Assembly: GCA_965222375.1 (NCBI GenBank)
Contig: CBDCTZ010000016.1
Coordinates: 1,504,001-1,568,000 of the forward strand
DNA from: Polyangiaceae bacterium
GTDB lineage: Bacteria > Myxococcota_A > Polyangia > Polyangiales > Polyangiaceae
DNA length: 64,000 nt
Direction: 5' to 3'
The position numbers and the translations under genes were made by a program. A model generated the notes under the pieces. The model searched no databases. It was not told the origin of the DNA and was given only the letters and a program-made list of their open reading frames with translations. This document shows positions 20,567 to 29,864 of this stretch, one piece after another (position 1 is the first letter of the stretch; every line of letters starts with the position of its first letter).

Positions 20567-21553
20567 TCAGAAGGGCCAAGCCTTGAAATAGAACTTGATG
20601 CGTAGCCATCGCCCCCGCAGCCCCATGGGTTCGAAGAGCAGGACGGCGATCAGAATGCCACCAGTGAAAATGACCTGGTAGTCGCGCAGGTCAGCGAGCA
20701 CATGGGGCAAGAGCACGAGCAGCGTGGCGCCGAGGACGCTGCCCAAGACCGAACCCAGCCCGCCGACGACGACCATGACCAACAGCTCGATCGACACCAG
20801 CAGGTTGAAGTTGGACGGATTGATGCGATCGAAGAGATGCGCGTACAGACCGCCCGCAATACCCGTGACGAAGGCGCTGATCGCGAAGGCCAGGGTCTTG
20901 GTGCGAACCAGATTCACTCCCATGGCTTGGGCGGCGATGTCGTTGTCGCGAACCGCCACGAAGGCCCGACCGACGCGAGAGCGAGCCAAGTTGTACACGC
21001 CGACGATGGTAAAGACGCAGACTGCAAAACAGAGCAGGAAGTAGTGTCGAACCTCGCCGATCCCGAAGCCGAATAGCTCCGGCGAGGGCACTCCAAGACC
21101 CATGCGTCCACCGGTGAGGGAGTCCCAGCGACCGAGAATCTGGTCCACGGCCACCTGGAACCCCAGCGTCGCGATGGCCAAGTACGGGCCTTCCAGTCGC
21201 AGCGCCGGGATCCCGATCAGGAAACCCAACAGGCCAGCGACCAAACCGCCCGCGGCCACGGTCACCAGCATCGGCGCGCCTTGGGTGTAGAGAATCACGT
21301 GGGTGTAGGCGCCGATTGCCAGAAAAGCGGCGTGCCCCAGGGAGATCTGGCCGGTGTAACCGACCAACAGGTTCAAGCCGAGGGCGGCCACGATGAACAG
21401 CGCCAAGTTGGTGGCGACAAACAGGGCAAAGCCACCGGCGAGGGACAAGGCCCAGACGAGAATTGCGACGATCAACAGCCCAGCGAGCGCCCGCTGGACA
21501 TTGCCCTCGAACAGAGTGAGGTCCTCACGGTAATCGCGCTTGAGCTGCTCCAT
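20567..21553 (-). CDS. livM: ABC permease (LivM-like)
   Basis: GLNLLVGYTGQISLGHAAF, GPYLAIATL, VVVGGLGS. Confidence 0.92.
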   Translation of the reverse strand: MEQLKRDYREDLTLFEGNVQRALAGLLIVAILVWALSLAGGFALFVATNLALFIVAALGLNLLVGYTGQISLGHAAFLAIGAYTHVILYTQGAPMLVTVAAGGLVAGLLGFLIGIPALRLEGPYLAIATLGFQVAVDQILGRWDSLTGGRMGLGVPSPELFGFGIGEVRHYFLLCFAVCVFTIVGVYNLARSRVGRAFVAVRDNDIAAQAMGVNLVRTKTLAFAISAFVTGIAGGLYAHLFDRINPSNFNLLVSIELLVMVVVGGLGSVLGSVLGATLLVLLPHVLADLRDYQVIFTGGILIAVLLFEPMGLRGRWLRIKFYFKAWPF

Positions 21554-21563
21554 CCGGGCGGCC

Positions 21564-21573
21564 GAGTATACTC
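21564..21573. promoter_or_regulatory. Palindromic bidirectional -10 element (TATACT on both strands)
   Basis: GAGTATACTC in the 26-bp gap between divergent ATGs at 21553 and 21580. Confidence 0.6.
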
Positions 21574-21579
21574 ACCGCG

Positions 21580-23451
21580 ATGCAAACCGAGCCCGTAAAG
21601 GACGAGGCGACAAAACCGGCCAAAAAGTTCGCGAGAGCGGCGATCCCCACCTTGTTCTTCGAGCGCGCGCAGCGCCACCCGCAGCGCGCGGCCATGCGCC
21701 GCAAGGAGCTAGGGCTGTGGGAGGAGCTGACCTGGGCGGACTACGAACACGGTGTGCGGGCGGTGGCGTCAGCCCTGCTCGAACTCGGCCTCGATGCTCG
21801 TGAGCCGGTGGGGTTGATCAGCGAAAACCGCGTCGAGTGGCTGATGGCCGACATCGGTGTGTTGGCGGGCGGCGGGGTCACTTGCGCGATGTACACCACC
21901 AGCGCGGTTGAGCAGATCGCCTACATCATGGGCCACGCGGGCGTGCGCTTCTTGATCGTCGAAAACGAAGAGCAGCTCGACAAGGCGCTCGAGGTGCGTG
22001 AGAAGCACTCAATCGACCGCATCGTCGTGATCGACGAAAAGGGCCTGTCCCGCTTCACGGATCCGATGGTGATGAGCTGGCGCGATTTCATCGAAAGGGG
22101 TGAAGCCGCGCTGGAACGAAACGCTGACGAGATTCAACGCCGCGTGGCGAACACGCATCCAGATGACCTTGCGATTCTGGTTTACACCTCCGGCACGACA
22201 GGACCGCCAAAGGGCGTCATGCTGAGCCACGCCAACATCGCCTGGTGCTGCCGTGCGTTGGATAGTGTGATCCGACCTTCGCCCGACGATGAATTCTTGA
22301 GCTTCTTGCCGCTCTGCCACATCGCTGAGCGCACCATCACCGTGATGAACCAGGTGGTGAACGGGTCCATCGTCAGCTTTGCGGAGAATCTCGACACTGT
22401 GCGCGACAACCTGGCTGAGGTTCGGCCCCACGTCTTTTTCGCGGTGCCACGGATCTGGGAGAAGCTCTACAACGCTGTCGAGCTCAAGATGCGCGATGCC
22501 AGTTTCACCAAGCGCAAGCTCTACACCTGGGCGGTTGGGGTCGGACGCGCTGCCAACCGTCACCGCCAGGAGGCCCTCGCCAAAGGCGAGGATCCAAAGC
22601 AAAGCGTGCCCGGCGCGCTAGCGACGAAGCTGGCTCTCGCCGACCAGATGGTGCTGCGTCACCTGCGTGAGAAGCTCGGCTTCGACCGGCTGCGCTTCGC
22701 GATCTCTGGGGCCGCACCCATCTCGCCCGATGTGGTCGACTACTTCCAGGCCATCGGCATTCCCCTGGTGGAGGGCTACGGGCAGACCGAGAGCACGGCG
22801 ATCATCACCGTCAATCCACCCGGTGCGTCGCCGCTGGGCACGGTGGGGCTGCCCGTCGAGGGCTTGGAGATGCGAATCGCCGAAGACGGAGAAATCTTGG
22901 CGCGCGGCCCGGGCGTGATGCTCGGCTACTTCAAGGAGGAGGAAGCAACCAAGGCCACGATCGACGCCGACGGCTGGCTGCATACCGGTGACGTCGGGGA
23001 AGTAGACGAGAGCGGACGCCTTCGGATCACCGATCGCAAGAAGGACTTGATCATCACGTCCGGCGGCAAGAACATCGCGCCCCAGTACATCGAGAGCAAG
23101 CTCCGCACCAGCGCCTATATCCACGACGCCGTCGTCATCGGCGAGCGTCGCAAGTTCGTGACCGCCCTGGTGATCCTGGACGAAGACAACCTGGTCGACT
23201 GGGCCCAACGCAACCGTGTGCAATTCGGCGCCTATGCAGAACTCGCGAAGAGCGACGACGTGAAGCAATTGATTCAGGCCGAGGTCGACCAGGTGAACGG
23301 AACCCTGACTCACGTCGAAGCCGTGAAGCAGTTCCGCATCCTCGAACGCCGCCTCGATCGCGACGAAGGCGAGCTGACCCCGACCCTCAAAGTGCGCCGC
23401 AAGACCATTGAAGAGAAGTACAGCGACCTCATCGAGCAGATGTACCGCTGA
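21580..23451 (+). CDS. Long-chain fatty acid-CoA ligase (AMP-dependent synthetase)
   Basis: YTSGTTGPPKG, FLPLCHIAER, EGYGQTE, GWLHTGDVG, ELTPTLK. Confidence 0.93.
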   Translation: MQTEPVKDEATKPAKKFARAAIPTLFFERAQRHPQRAAMRRKELGLWEELTWADYEHGVRAVASALLELGLDAREPVGLISENRVEWLMADIGVLAGGGVTCAMYTTSAVEQIAYIMGHAGVRFLIVENEEQLDKALEVREKHSIDRIVVIDEKGLSRFTDPMVMSWRDFIERGEAALERNADEIQRRVANTHPDDLAILVYTSGTTGPPKGVMLSHANIAWCCRALDSVIRPSPDDEFLSFLPLCHIAERTITVMNQVVNGSIVSFAENLDTVRDNLAEVRPHVFFAVPRIWEKLYNAVELKMRDASFTKRKLYTWAVGVGRAANRHRQEALAKGEDPKQSVPGALATKLALADQMVLRHLREKLGFDRLRFAISGAAPISPDVVDYFQAIGIPLVEGYGQTESTAIITVNPPGASPLGTVGLPVEGLEMRIAEDGEILARGPGVMLGYFKEEEATKATIDADGWLHTGDVGEVDESGRLRITDRKKDLIITSGGKNIAPQYIESKLRTSAYIHDAVVIGERRKFVTALVILDEDNLVDWAQRNRVQFGAYAELAKSDDVKQLIQAEVDQVNGTLTHVEAVKQFRILERRLDRDEGELTPTLKVRRKTIEEKYSDLIEQMYR

Positions 23452-23499
23452 CTCGTTGGCACTTCGCTCTTCGGTACGACCCATTCGGGCATGTTGCAG

Positions 23500-23581
23500 T
23501 GTCGACGCCGGGACTCGAACCCGGATACCTTTCGGCCCGGGATCTCAGCCCGGCGCGTATGCCTAGTTCCGCCACGTCGAC
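23500..23581 (-). tRNA. tRNA-Leu(GAG), CCA not encoded
   Basis: Acceptor GTCGACG/CGTCGAC, anticodon arm CCGGG-CTGAGAT-CCCGG, long variable arm, GGTTCGAGTCC. Confidence 0.88.
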
Positions 23582-23582
23582 G

Positions 23583-23672
23583 TGGTGCATGGCGAGAGAT
23601 TCGAACTCTCACGATCCTTGTCGGATCACCGGTGTTTGAAACCGGGGCGTCTACCAATTCCGCCAACCATGC
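23583..23672 (-). tRNA. tRNA-Leu(CAA)
   Basis: D-loop GGAATTGGTAGAC, CCGGT-TTCAAAC-ACCGG, long variable arm, GTTCGAATC, encoded CCA. Confidence 0.92.
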
Positions 23673-23699
23673 GCGGTGTGGCCTCATGTGAGGCCTCGG

Positions 23700-23769
23700 A
23701 GTCCCGGGAGGGAGTTGAACCCTCGAAGCCGGTTTTGCAGACCGACCGCCGATGCCGTCGAACCGGGAC
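23700..23769 (-). tRNA. tRNA-Cys(GCA) with aberrant D-arm
   Basis: GTCCCGG/CCGGGAC acceptor, U73, loop CTGCAAA, T-arm GAGGG-TTCAACT-CCCTC. Confidence 0.7.
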
Positions 23770-23801
23770 ATGACCGCTGCTTCTTGGAGCGCGACCAACA
23801 G

Positions 23802-23875
23802 AGCCCGCGCCGGGAATCGCACCCGGATTCACTGCTTGCAAAACAGTGATCTCGCCTTCGAGACAACCCCGAGAC
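23802..23875 (-). tRNA. Degenerate tRNA-like element (anticodon unassigned)
   Basis: Arm CACTG-TTTTGCAAG-CAGTG, T-arm CCGGG-TGCGATT-CCCGG, poorly paired acceptor stem. Confidence 0.45.
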
Positions 23876-23879
23876 CAGG

Positions 23880-23949
23880 TACTCCCGTCAGGACTCGAAC
23901 CCGAACCACTCGGTTTAGAAGACCGAGGCCGCTCCTTGCGGGCGGGAGC
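23880..23949 (-). tRNA. tRNA-Arg(TCT) with shortened D-arm
   Basis: GCTCCCG/CGGGAGT acceptor, CTCGGT-CTTCTAA-ACCGAG, GGTTCGAGTCC; D-loop only AAGGA. Confidence 0.72.
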
Positions 23950-23973
23950 ATGGAAGCTGGACGTGAATGTCAT

Positions 23974-24046
23974 TGGAGCCCGCGACCGGAGTCGAACCGG
24001 TACGCTCGGAATACGACACCGAGCCGCGACCACTCGCGACACGGGC
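23974..24046 (-). tRNA. Atypical tRNA, possibly Thr(CGT)
   Basis: GCCCGTG/CGCGGGC acceptor, CTCGG-TGTCGTATT-CCGAG, ACCGG-TTCGACT-CCGGT, encoded CCA; D-arm abnormal. Confidence 0.55.
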
Positions 24047-24083
24047 AATTGAGTTTGAGGTGGTGAATCAATTCGAATTCTCA

Positions 24084-24336
24084 CGATGCGTTTCGGGGAT
24101 GGGGCCCCGAAACCTGAGGGTGGGGCCCCGATGAATTCACTTCATCGGGGCGGGAGCTGTGCTCCCGACAAGCGGGACTGGTTTCCATCGATTCAAACGC
24201 AACGATGCAGTTTCGGGGATGGGGCCCCGAAACCTGAGGGTGGGGCCCCGATGAATTCACTTCATCGGGGCGGGAGCTGTGCTCCCGACAAGCGGGACTG
24301 GTTTCCATCGATTCACTCGAATCGATGAAAACCAGT
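24084..24336. repeat. 120-bp tandem duplication of a multi-hairpin element inside the tRNA array
   Basis: 24091-24195 identical to 24211-24315; internal inverted repeats; closing hairpin 24297-24336. Confidence 0.92.
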
Positions 24337-24409
24337 AGGTCTGGTGGGAATCGAACCCACGCCGCACGGGGTAAGAGCCCGGCATGCCGCCAACAAACAC
24401 TTCAGACCT
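24336..24409 (-). tRNA. tRNA-Lys(CTT)
   Basis: AGGTCTG/CAGACCT acceptor, CGGG-CTCTTAC-CCCG, GTGGG-TTCGATT-CCCAC. Confidence 0.82.
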
Positions 24410-24470
24410 GTTTTCATGCTGTTTTTGTAATTGGACGCAGCGGTGCCCTGCGGGCTATTTCGAGAGCCCG

Positions 24471-24514
24471 AAATGAGAAAAGGCCGCTCCGGGTGATCAT
24501 CCGGGGCGGCCTTT
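24471..24514 (-). terminator. Terminator/attenuator hairpin upstream of the tRNA array
   Basis: AAAGGCCGCCCCGG-ATGATCAC-CCGGAGCGGCCTTTT followed by CTCATTT on the minus strand. Confidence 0.75.
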
Positions 24515-24551
24515 GAAACTCCTTCAAGGGAGCTCGAATAGACTTTCCCGG

Positions 24552-24644
24552 TTACGTCGTGGCCTCCAATCCGACCACGCACGTATTCCTGAACGCGGTC
24601 TTCCGCGCCAGTCTGGAACATCGGTTGTGGGTTAGCTGTGCCAT
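24552..24644 (-). CDS. Putative 30-aa leader peptide
   Basis: MAQLTHNRCSRLARKTAFRNTCVVGLEATT ends ~40 nt before the terminator; weak RBS. Confidence 0.35.
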   Translation of the reverse strand: MAQLTHNRCSRLARKTAFRNTCVVGLEATT

Positions 24645-24844
24645 CGGGGTTTCTCTATTTGCCGCATGAAGCGACGCAATGCAAACAAGGGACAATTCTC
24701 TTCCCGCCCCCTTAGACGTTTCGGAATCGAAATCGTTCCAAGGATCCATTGCTTTTGTTTTGTTTGGATGTGCCGTCCCAGGGCGTCATCGGCGCCTCGC
24801 GCGGTGCGACTGCGCGCTCGGCCGTCACTTCGCAGCAAATAGGC

Positions 24845-25174
24845 TCAGGGAGGCTCGACGACCATGTTTTCGACCTTGCGAACCAGCTCGTCGAATTGGG
24901 ACCGAGCCTCGTCCGCAGCGGCGACGGTCTCGAACTCAGCGGAAATCGAATAGCCGACGATCTTGGTGGAAAGTCGGCGATAGTCTTTGCGCCGGGGTGG
25001 CCCGGCGTCCCTCGACGATGGCGGGCCCCATTCGAGTTCGTCCGCGGATAGAGTTGAAGGACCTCCCACGTCCACTCGGGTCCCGAAATCCGAGGACACC
25101 ACGGAGCAGAGCCGTGCGCCGGTCTCGTTCCGGAATTTGAGCAATAACTCGTGTAACTCGGTCGCGGTCTGCAT
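24845..25174 (-). CDS. Hypothetical protein
   Basis: MQTATELHELLLKFR..., protein-like composition only. Confidence 0.45.
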   Translation of the reverse strand: MQTATELHELLLKFRNETGARLCSVVSSDFGTRVDVGGPSTLSADELEWGPPSSRDAGPPRRKDYRRLSTKIVGYSISAEFETVAAADEARSQFDELVRKVENMVVEPP

Positions 25175-25347
25175 TTGCGTATCGCGCCGCGCGGCAGAGT
25201 CGCAGCGGCCAGAGTCAACTATACCGTTCGCGTCACGAATGCGGGACCTCGGCGAGCGGAGCGACTGCAATGGTCGCCCTTTCGCGCCCGGTTGATCGTT
25301 TCTCAGCTACACCATGCTCCGCTGCTCGGTGGTAAACTCCGCTCATC

Positions 25348-25899
25348 GTGTCGCCCTATCGCACGTCAGCTCCGCCCCAGGCGCCGGCAGCCTGCCCGCG
25401 CTGTGGCCAGCCGCTCATCGATCTCGCGGTGTGTACCGGCATGGCGCAAGGCTGCCAGCCCTGTAAGGGCGTTTGGCTGGACAATGCCGCCTTCGGCGCC
25501 GTTCGCGAGCACCGATACGCAGCGATCGTCCGCGCCATGGGCCCACGACCTCCGCCCACCACTCGTTACGGTGGCGGCGTCATCTCCTGCCCGGTTTGCC
25601 AAGCCGGAATGACCAAGACGAAGCTCGCCGATGTCGCGCTGGATCATTGCTCGTCCCACGGCACCTGGTTCGACCGCGGTGAGCTGGAAGCCGTCGCCTC
25701 CGCAATATCCCGAGCCAAGGCCAGTTCCATCACCGGGGCTAGACACAGCGAGCCGACGCCGCCACCCGCGAGCGGGGGAATCAATCCCGAGACACTGGCA
25801 CGTGTCGAGCAGCTGAACGCCCAGCTCACTGTTTCAGTGAACCGTGCCGAAACCCAATACTTGATGCATCGAATGCGGCAAATGCACTTGTACCGCTGA
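25348..25899 (+). CDS. Double zinc-ribbon (zf-TFIIB-like) protein
   Basis: CPRC...CQPCKGVWLD and CPVC...DHCSSHGTWFDRGELE. Confidence 0.8.
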   Translation: MSPYRTSAPPQAPAACPRCGQPLIDLAVCTGMAQGCQPCKGVWLDNAAFGAVREHRYAAIVRAMGPRPPPTTRYGGGVISCPVCQAGMTKTKLADVALDHCSSHGTWFDRGELEAVASAISRAKASSITGARHSEPTPPPASGGINPETLARVEQLNAQLTVSVNRAETQYLMHRMRQMHLYR

Positions 25900-26081
25900 G
25901 ACGCATGCCCAAAGGGACGGGACAAGCTTGTTCAGTTCTGCTCTCGTGTGCCGCCCCGGGGAGTCATCGGTACCTCGCGCGGTGCGAGTGGTGCGCGCGA
26001 GCCTCCAGCCGCGCCAGCTAGTCCGAGGGAGGTTCGACAACCAGGCTGAACGTCACTCCTGCTGGCTAGCGATCGCGTTCG

Positions 26082-26987
26082 CTATTTCTTGCCTGAAAAC
26101 AAGAGCACACCCGCGAGCAAGGCTCCTACTGCCGTCAGTCCGGGAAGGTCACCATCCACGTCGTCAATGCGATTGGCCGGTGACCGATCAGCGTAGCGCA
26201 CGAGATGGGCAAACGGGGCGAGCGGATTCCTAATTGCGTAGTTGTGATTCGGAAATGTCTTCTTGAGCAGGAACAGATCCCGCAGGCCAAAGGGGTTGTC
26301 GTTGCCCGGCCTGAATCCCCAGTGCCGCCTGGTCTTTCTGCTGAGCCACTTTGCCGGCAGCAGAGCGGGACCAACGTACGCCTCACGAAAGAAGAACATC
26401 CCTCCCGGTTTGAGCACGCGATGGATTTCGGGAATCGACCGCTGGCGGTCGGTGTGGTGGTACGTACCAAAGGAGATGAGAAAGTCGACGCTCTCATCGC
26501 CAAAAGGCATTCGTTCGGCAGGGGCGCGTACCGAAACAACTTCTGCATCCTTGTGCTCCGCGAACTGAACAGTGTTCTTCCGCGCACACAGCAGAGACTG
26601 CCTACTCACCTCAAGGTGGAAGAGCTTCCTGCCACCAGATCTCAAGACCATGAGCCCAGAAAGCCCGGTTCCTCCAACGTCGAGACAAACCTTGTCGTGC
26701 AGATCCATCTGGCGAAGTTCAGGCAACATGCGCCGCGCGCTTGGGTCGAACAAGCTTCCACTGAAGTAGTCCGTCAATGTAATCGCGTCTGCCGGCCAAA
26801 TCCTCGTTGGGTTCTTGCTGACCTTTTCGTCCCAATGGTCGATTTCCTCTTTCAGATGGTTGAAACTGTCATCTGCGCTGAGGAAATCGCAGATCCCGTG
26901 CTCAACGGTGACCGTAAAACCGCAGGTCGTGCAGGTCAGTTCCGGCAAAGGCGCCCGGCACTTGGCGCAAAGCAGGACTAGTTCCAT
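26082..26987 (-). CDS. Class I SAM-dependent methyltransferase with N-terminal Cys cluster
   Basis: LDVGGTG, AERMPFGDESVD, EIHRVLKPGG; visibly more AT-rich than neighbours. Confidence 0.85.
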   Translation of the reverse strand: MELVLLCAKCRAPLPELTCTTCGFTVTVEHGICDFLSADDSFNHLKEEIDHWDEKVSKNPTRIWPADAITLTDYFSGSLFDPSARRMLPELRQMDLHDKVCLDVGGTGLSGLMVLRSGGRKLFHLEVSRQSLLCARKNTVQFAEHKDAEVVSVRAPAERMPFGDESVDFLISFGTYHHTDRQRSIPEIHRVLKPGGMFFFREAYVGPALLPAKWLSRKTRRHWGFRPGNDNPFGLRDLFLLKKTFPNHNYAIRNPLAPFAHLVRYADRSPANRIDDVDGDLPGLTAVGALLAGVLLFSGKK

Positions 26988-27407
26988 CAGCGTCAGCGGC
27001 TCCGATCCTTTGACTATTAACAGGGATGCTGATTCCTCGTCCCCAATCTTGCAAGACGAATTCGTTCAATACCTCCAGACTTCAACGGTGATGCACCTAG
27101 ATGTCGCTTTTCAGGGTTCAGAAGCTGCGCTCACACATCCGCCAAACAAGGCTCGCGGCTCAGGTTACCGCGATGCGTTCGGGTTTCTTCGTGCGGGTGT
27201 GGCGGGGGCGAGTGCCATCAGGGATGATGAAGCAACGGCCCGGCAAGGCTAGCCGCCGGCGCATGCTGACAGCCCCCAGGATCCCGGCCCGCGAGACGGG
27301 AGTTGAGCGCCCACGGCCCCCTCGCACCGCAGGAGGAGCCCCCTGGACGCTCGATCAAACAAGCAGCCAATCTGAGGTTTCGGGGCTCGCGAGTGCCTTT
27401 CACCGCA

Positions 27408-28988
27408 TCACTTAGCGCGCTTGGCGCTGGCTTCGGCGAGCAAGAAGTCCGCCGCGGCCGCAGGAGTCTTCTTGTCCTCTTCGCGATCCACCATCAGGTT
27501 GGCGGTGCGCATCAGCTCGACGGGAATAGAACCGACCATCGGTGATAGCGCTGCAACGACCTGCGCGTTGTCGGAGACCCGTGGCGAAAGCAGCAGCATC
27601 GCGTCGTAGGGCGGAAAGGCGCGCTTGGGGTCTGTCAGAACCGCCAAGTCGTAGGCCGTGATGCGACCGTCGCTCGAAAACGCGGTGATCACATCGACGC
27701 GGCCGTCCTTCACCGCTTCGTACATGAAGGTGGAGTCGAAACTGGTGGTCGCGCGAAAGCCCAGGCTGTAGGTGCTCTTCAAACGCTTCCACTCGGGGCG
27801 GTCGAAGAACTCGTAGTCACTGCCGAGCTCGAGCTTGGAGGCGTGAGCAGCCAGATCCGTGATGCTCTTGATCTTCAAAGCGTCGGCCTTGTCTCGCCGC
27901 ATCGCCAGGGCGTAGGCGTTTTCGAAACCCAGAGTGCCCAAACTTCGGATCCCGTGCTCTTTGACCAGCCAGCTGCTGACCTCGGACTCGACTTGCCAAG
28001 CAGCAGCAGGCTCCTTGCGCTTCATGCCGTTGGCCCACAAGGTGCCCGAGTAGTCGACGTAGACGTCGATCTGGCTCTGCTTCAGCGCGTCGAAGGCGAC
28101 AGTGGAGCCCAGGCTCTCCGCGCGGCTGACTTTGACACCCGCGCCGGAAAGTCGCTTCTCGATCGCCGACGCCAGGATGTACTGCTCAGTGAACGTCTTG
28201 GAGCCGACACGCACCGTCTGCAGCTTGCCCGGCTCGGCACTGGCTGCAGCTGGAGCACCTGCGGTAGGTTGTGCGGGCGCTGCCGCCTTCGCGGGGAAGA
28301 ACTTCGGCGCCAGCGCGCCGCCGAGCAGCACGGCCAGCAACGCGAGTCCACCGGCTATCAGGCGCCCCTTGTGTCGCTTGGCGACGGCGCTTTCGAGCAA
28401 CGCCAAGATCGCGTCGAGAGTCACCGCCAAGAGCGCCGCCCCGACGCAACCGAAGAGGACGGCCGTCCAATTGCGGGTCTGCAGTCCGCCAAAGATGTAA
28501 TTGCCCAAGCTCGTTTGACCGACGGGCGTGGAAAGCGTGGCAACACCAACCACCCAAACCGCCGAGGTTCGGATCCCCGCCACGATCACCGGTAGCGCCA
28601 AAGGCAATTCGACGCGACGCAGTACTTGTCCTGGCGTCATGCCCAAGCCGTGCGCCGCTTCGACCAGGTCCGGATCCACACTGGCGATCCCGGTGACCGT
28701 GTTGCGGATGATGGGCAGGGCGCTGTACAGCACCAAGGCGACCATAGCTGGCCAAAAGCCGAAAGCACCCAGCAGAGGCACCATCAGCGCCAAGAGCGCC
28801 AAGCTCGGAATGGTTTGGATGATACCCGCGGCCGTCAGCACCACGGTCTGCAAGCGAGACTTGGCCACGAGCACCGCGGTGGGCAGGGAGATCAAGATCC
28901 CGACTCCAAGGGAGAGCGCGACCAGCACGACATGAGCTCCCAAGTAGTTCGGGAGCTTGACGAACTGCTCTGCCACGCTGGCGCTCAC
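27408..28988 (-). CDS. Osmoprotectant (glycine betaine/choline) ABC transporter, fused permease and binding protein
   Basis: QTIPSLAL, EAAHGLGM..VELPLA, GSKTFTEQYIL, NAYALAM, FPPYDA. Confidence 0.93.
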   Translation of the reverse strand: MSASVAEQFVKLPNYLGAHVVLVALSLGVGILISLPTAVLVAKSRLQTVVLTAAGIIQTIPSLALLALMVPLLGAFGFWPAMVALVLYSALPIIRNTVTGIASVDPDLVEAAHGLGMTPGQVLRRVELPLALPVIVAGIRTSAVWVVGVATLSTPVGQTSLGNYIFGGLQTRNWTAVLFGCVGAALLAVTLDAILALLESAVAKRHKGRLIAGGLALLAVLLGGALAPKFFPAKAAAPAQPTAGAPAAASAEPGKLQTVRVGSKTFTEQYILASAIEKRLSGAGVKVSRAESLGSTVAFDALKQSQIDVYVDYSGTLWANGMKRKEPAAAWQVESEVSSWLVKEHGIRSLGTLGFENAYALAMRRDKADALKIKSITDLAAHASKLELGSDYEFFDRPEWKRLKSTYSLGFRATTSFDSTFMYEAVKDGRVDVITAFSSDGRITAYDLAVLTDPKRAFPPYDAMLLLSPRVSDNAQVVAALSPMVGSIPVELMRTANLMVDREEDKKTPAAAADFLLAEASAKRAK

Positions 28989-29755
28989 GGTTCGCCACCG
29001 CCGTGCAAGCTGGAGAGGCGCTCGGATTGGCGCTGCGGGGTCTGTACGAAGTGGCGGACCACGTCGTGGGCCGGGTTCGCCATCAGCTCAGCGGGCGTAC
29101 CGACCTGCAACACGCGCCCCTCGTGCATGACCGCGATGCGATCGGCTAGCAGCAGCGCTTCGGTCATGTCGTGGGTGACCATCAGCGTCGTCAGCTCGAG
29201 TTCGTCGTGCAGTCGACGGCAGGCTTGGGCCAAGGTGTCCCGGGTCATCGGGTCCAGGGCACCGAAGGGCTCGTCCATCAGCAGCACTTTTGGCCTCGCT
29301 GCCAACGCACGGGCCAAGCCAACGCGCTGCTGTTGGCCACCGGAGAGTTCCCGCGGAAAGCGATCGCGATAGGCTCTGGGCGGCAACTCGACCAAGTCGA
29401 GCAGTTCGTCGACGCGGCTACGGATCTCGTCGGTGCTCCAGCCACACAGATCCGGAACGATCCCCACGTTTTCGCCCACGGTCATGTGAGGAAAGAGTGC
29501 GAAACGCTGGAACACGGTTCCGATGCTGCGTCGCAACTCGATCGGATCCGTCTTTGCGACGTCCTTGCCGTCGACCCGCACGGTGCCGCCTGTCGGTTCC
29601 ACTAGGCGGTTGACGACCTTCAAGCTGGTCGTCTTGCCGCTGCCCGATTGTCCCACCAAGACCAAGAACTCACCCGGCTCGATCTTCAAGCTGACGTCCC
29701 GAACCGCGAACACGCCGGACTTGAACTCCTTGGTGATGCCTTCGAGCGAAATCAC
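28985..29755 (-). CDS. Osmoprotectant ABC transporter ATPase
   Basis: GQSGSGKTT, LSGGQQQRVG, MDEPFGALDP. Confidence 0.93.
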   Translation of the reverse strand: MISLEGITKEFKSGVFAVRDVSLKIEPGEFLVLVGQSGSGKTTSLKVVNRLVEPTGGTVRVDGKDVAKTDPIELRRSIGTVFQRFALFPHMTVGENVGIVPDLCGWSTDEIRSRVDELLDLVELPPRAYRDRFPRELSGGQQQRVGLARALAARPKVLLMDEPFGALDPMTRDTLAQACRRLHDELELTTLMVTHDMTEALLLADRIAVMHEGRVLQVGTPAELMANPAHDVVRHFVQTPQRQSERLSSLHGGGEP

Positions 29756-29864
29756 GCGCCATAGTTACGCGGGTGCATTTCTGCGCGCAATGTTCCCGCT
29801 GCCAGCTGGTGTACAGCCCCTCAAGATTTCTCGACTTAGCGGGGAAAGCTCGGGTCCTGCATGA

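Noticed and set aside
24084..24336. CRISPR array
   Set aside because: Only two 120-bp units, no run of unique spacers and no cas genes.
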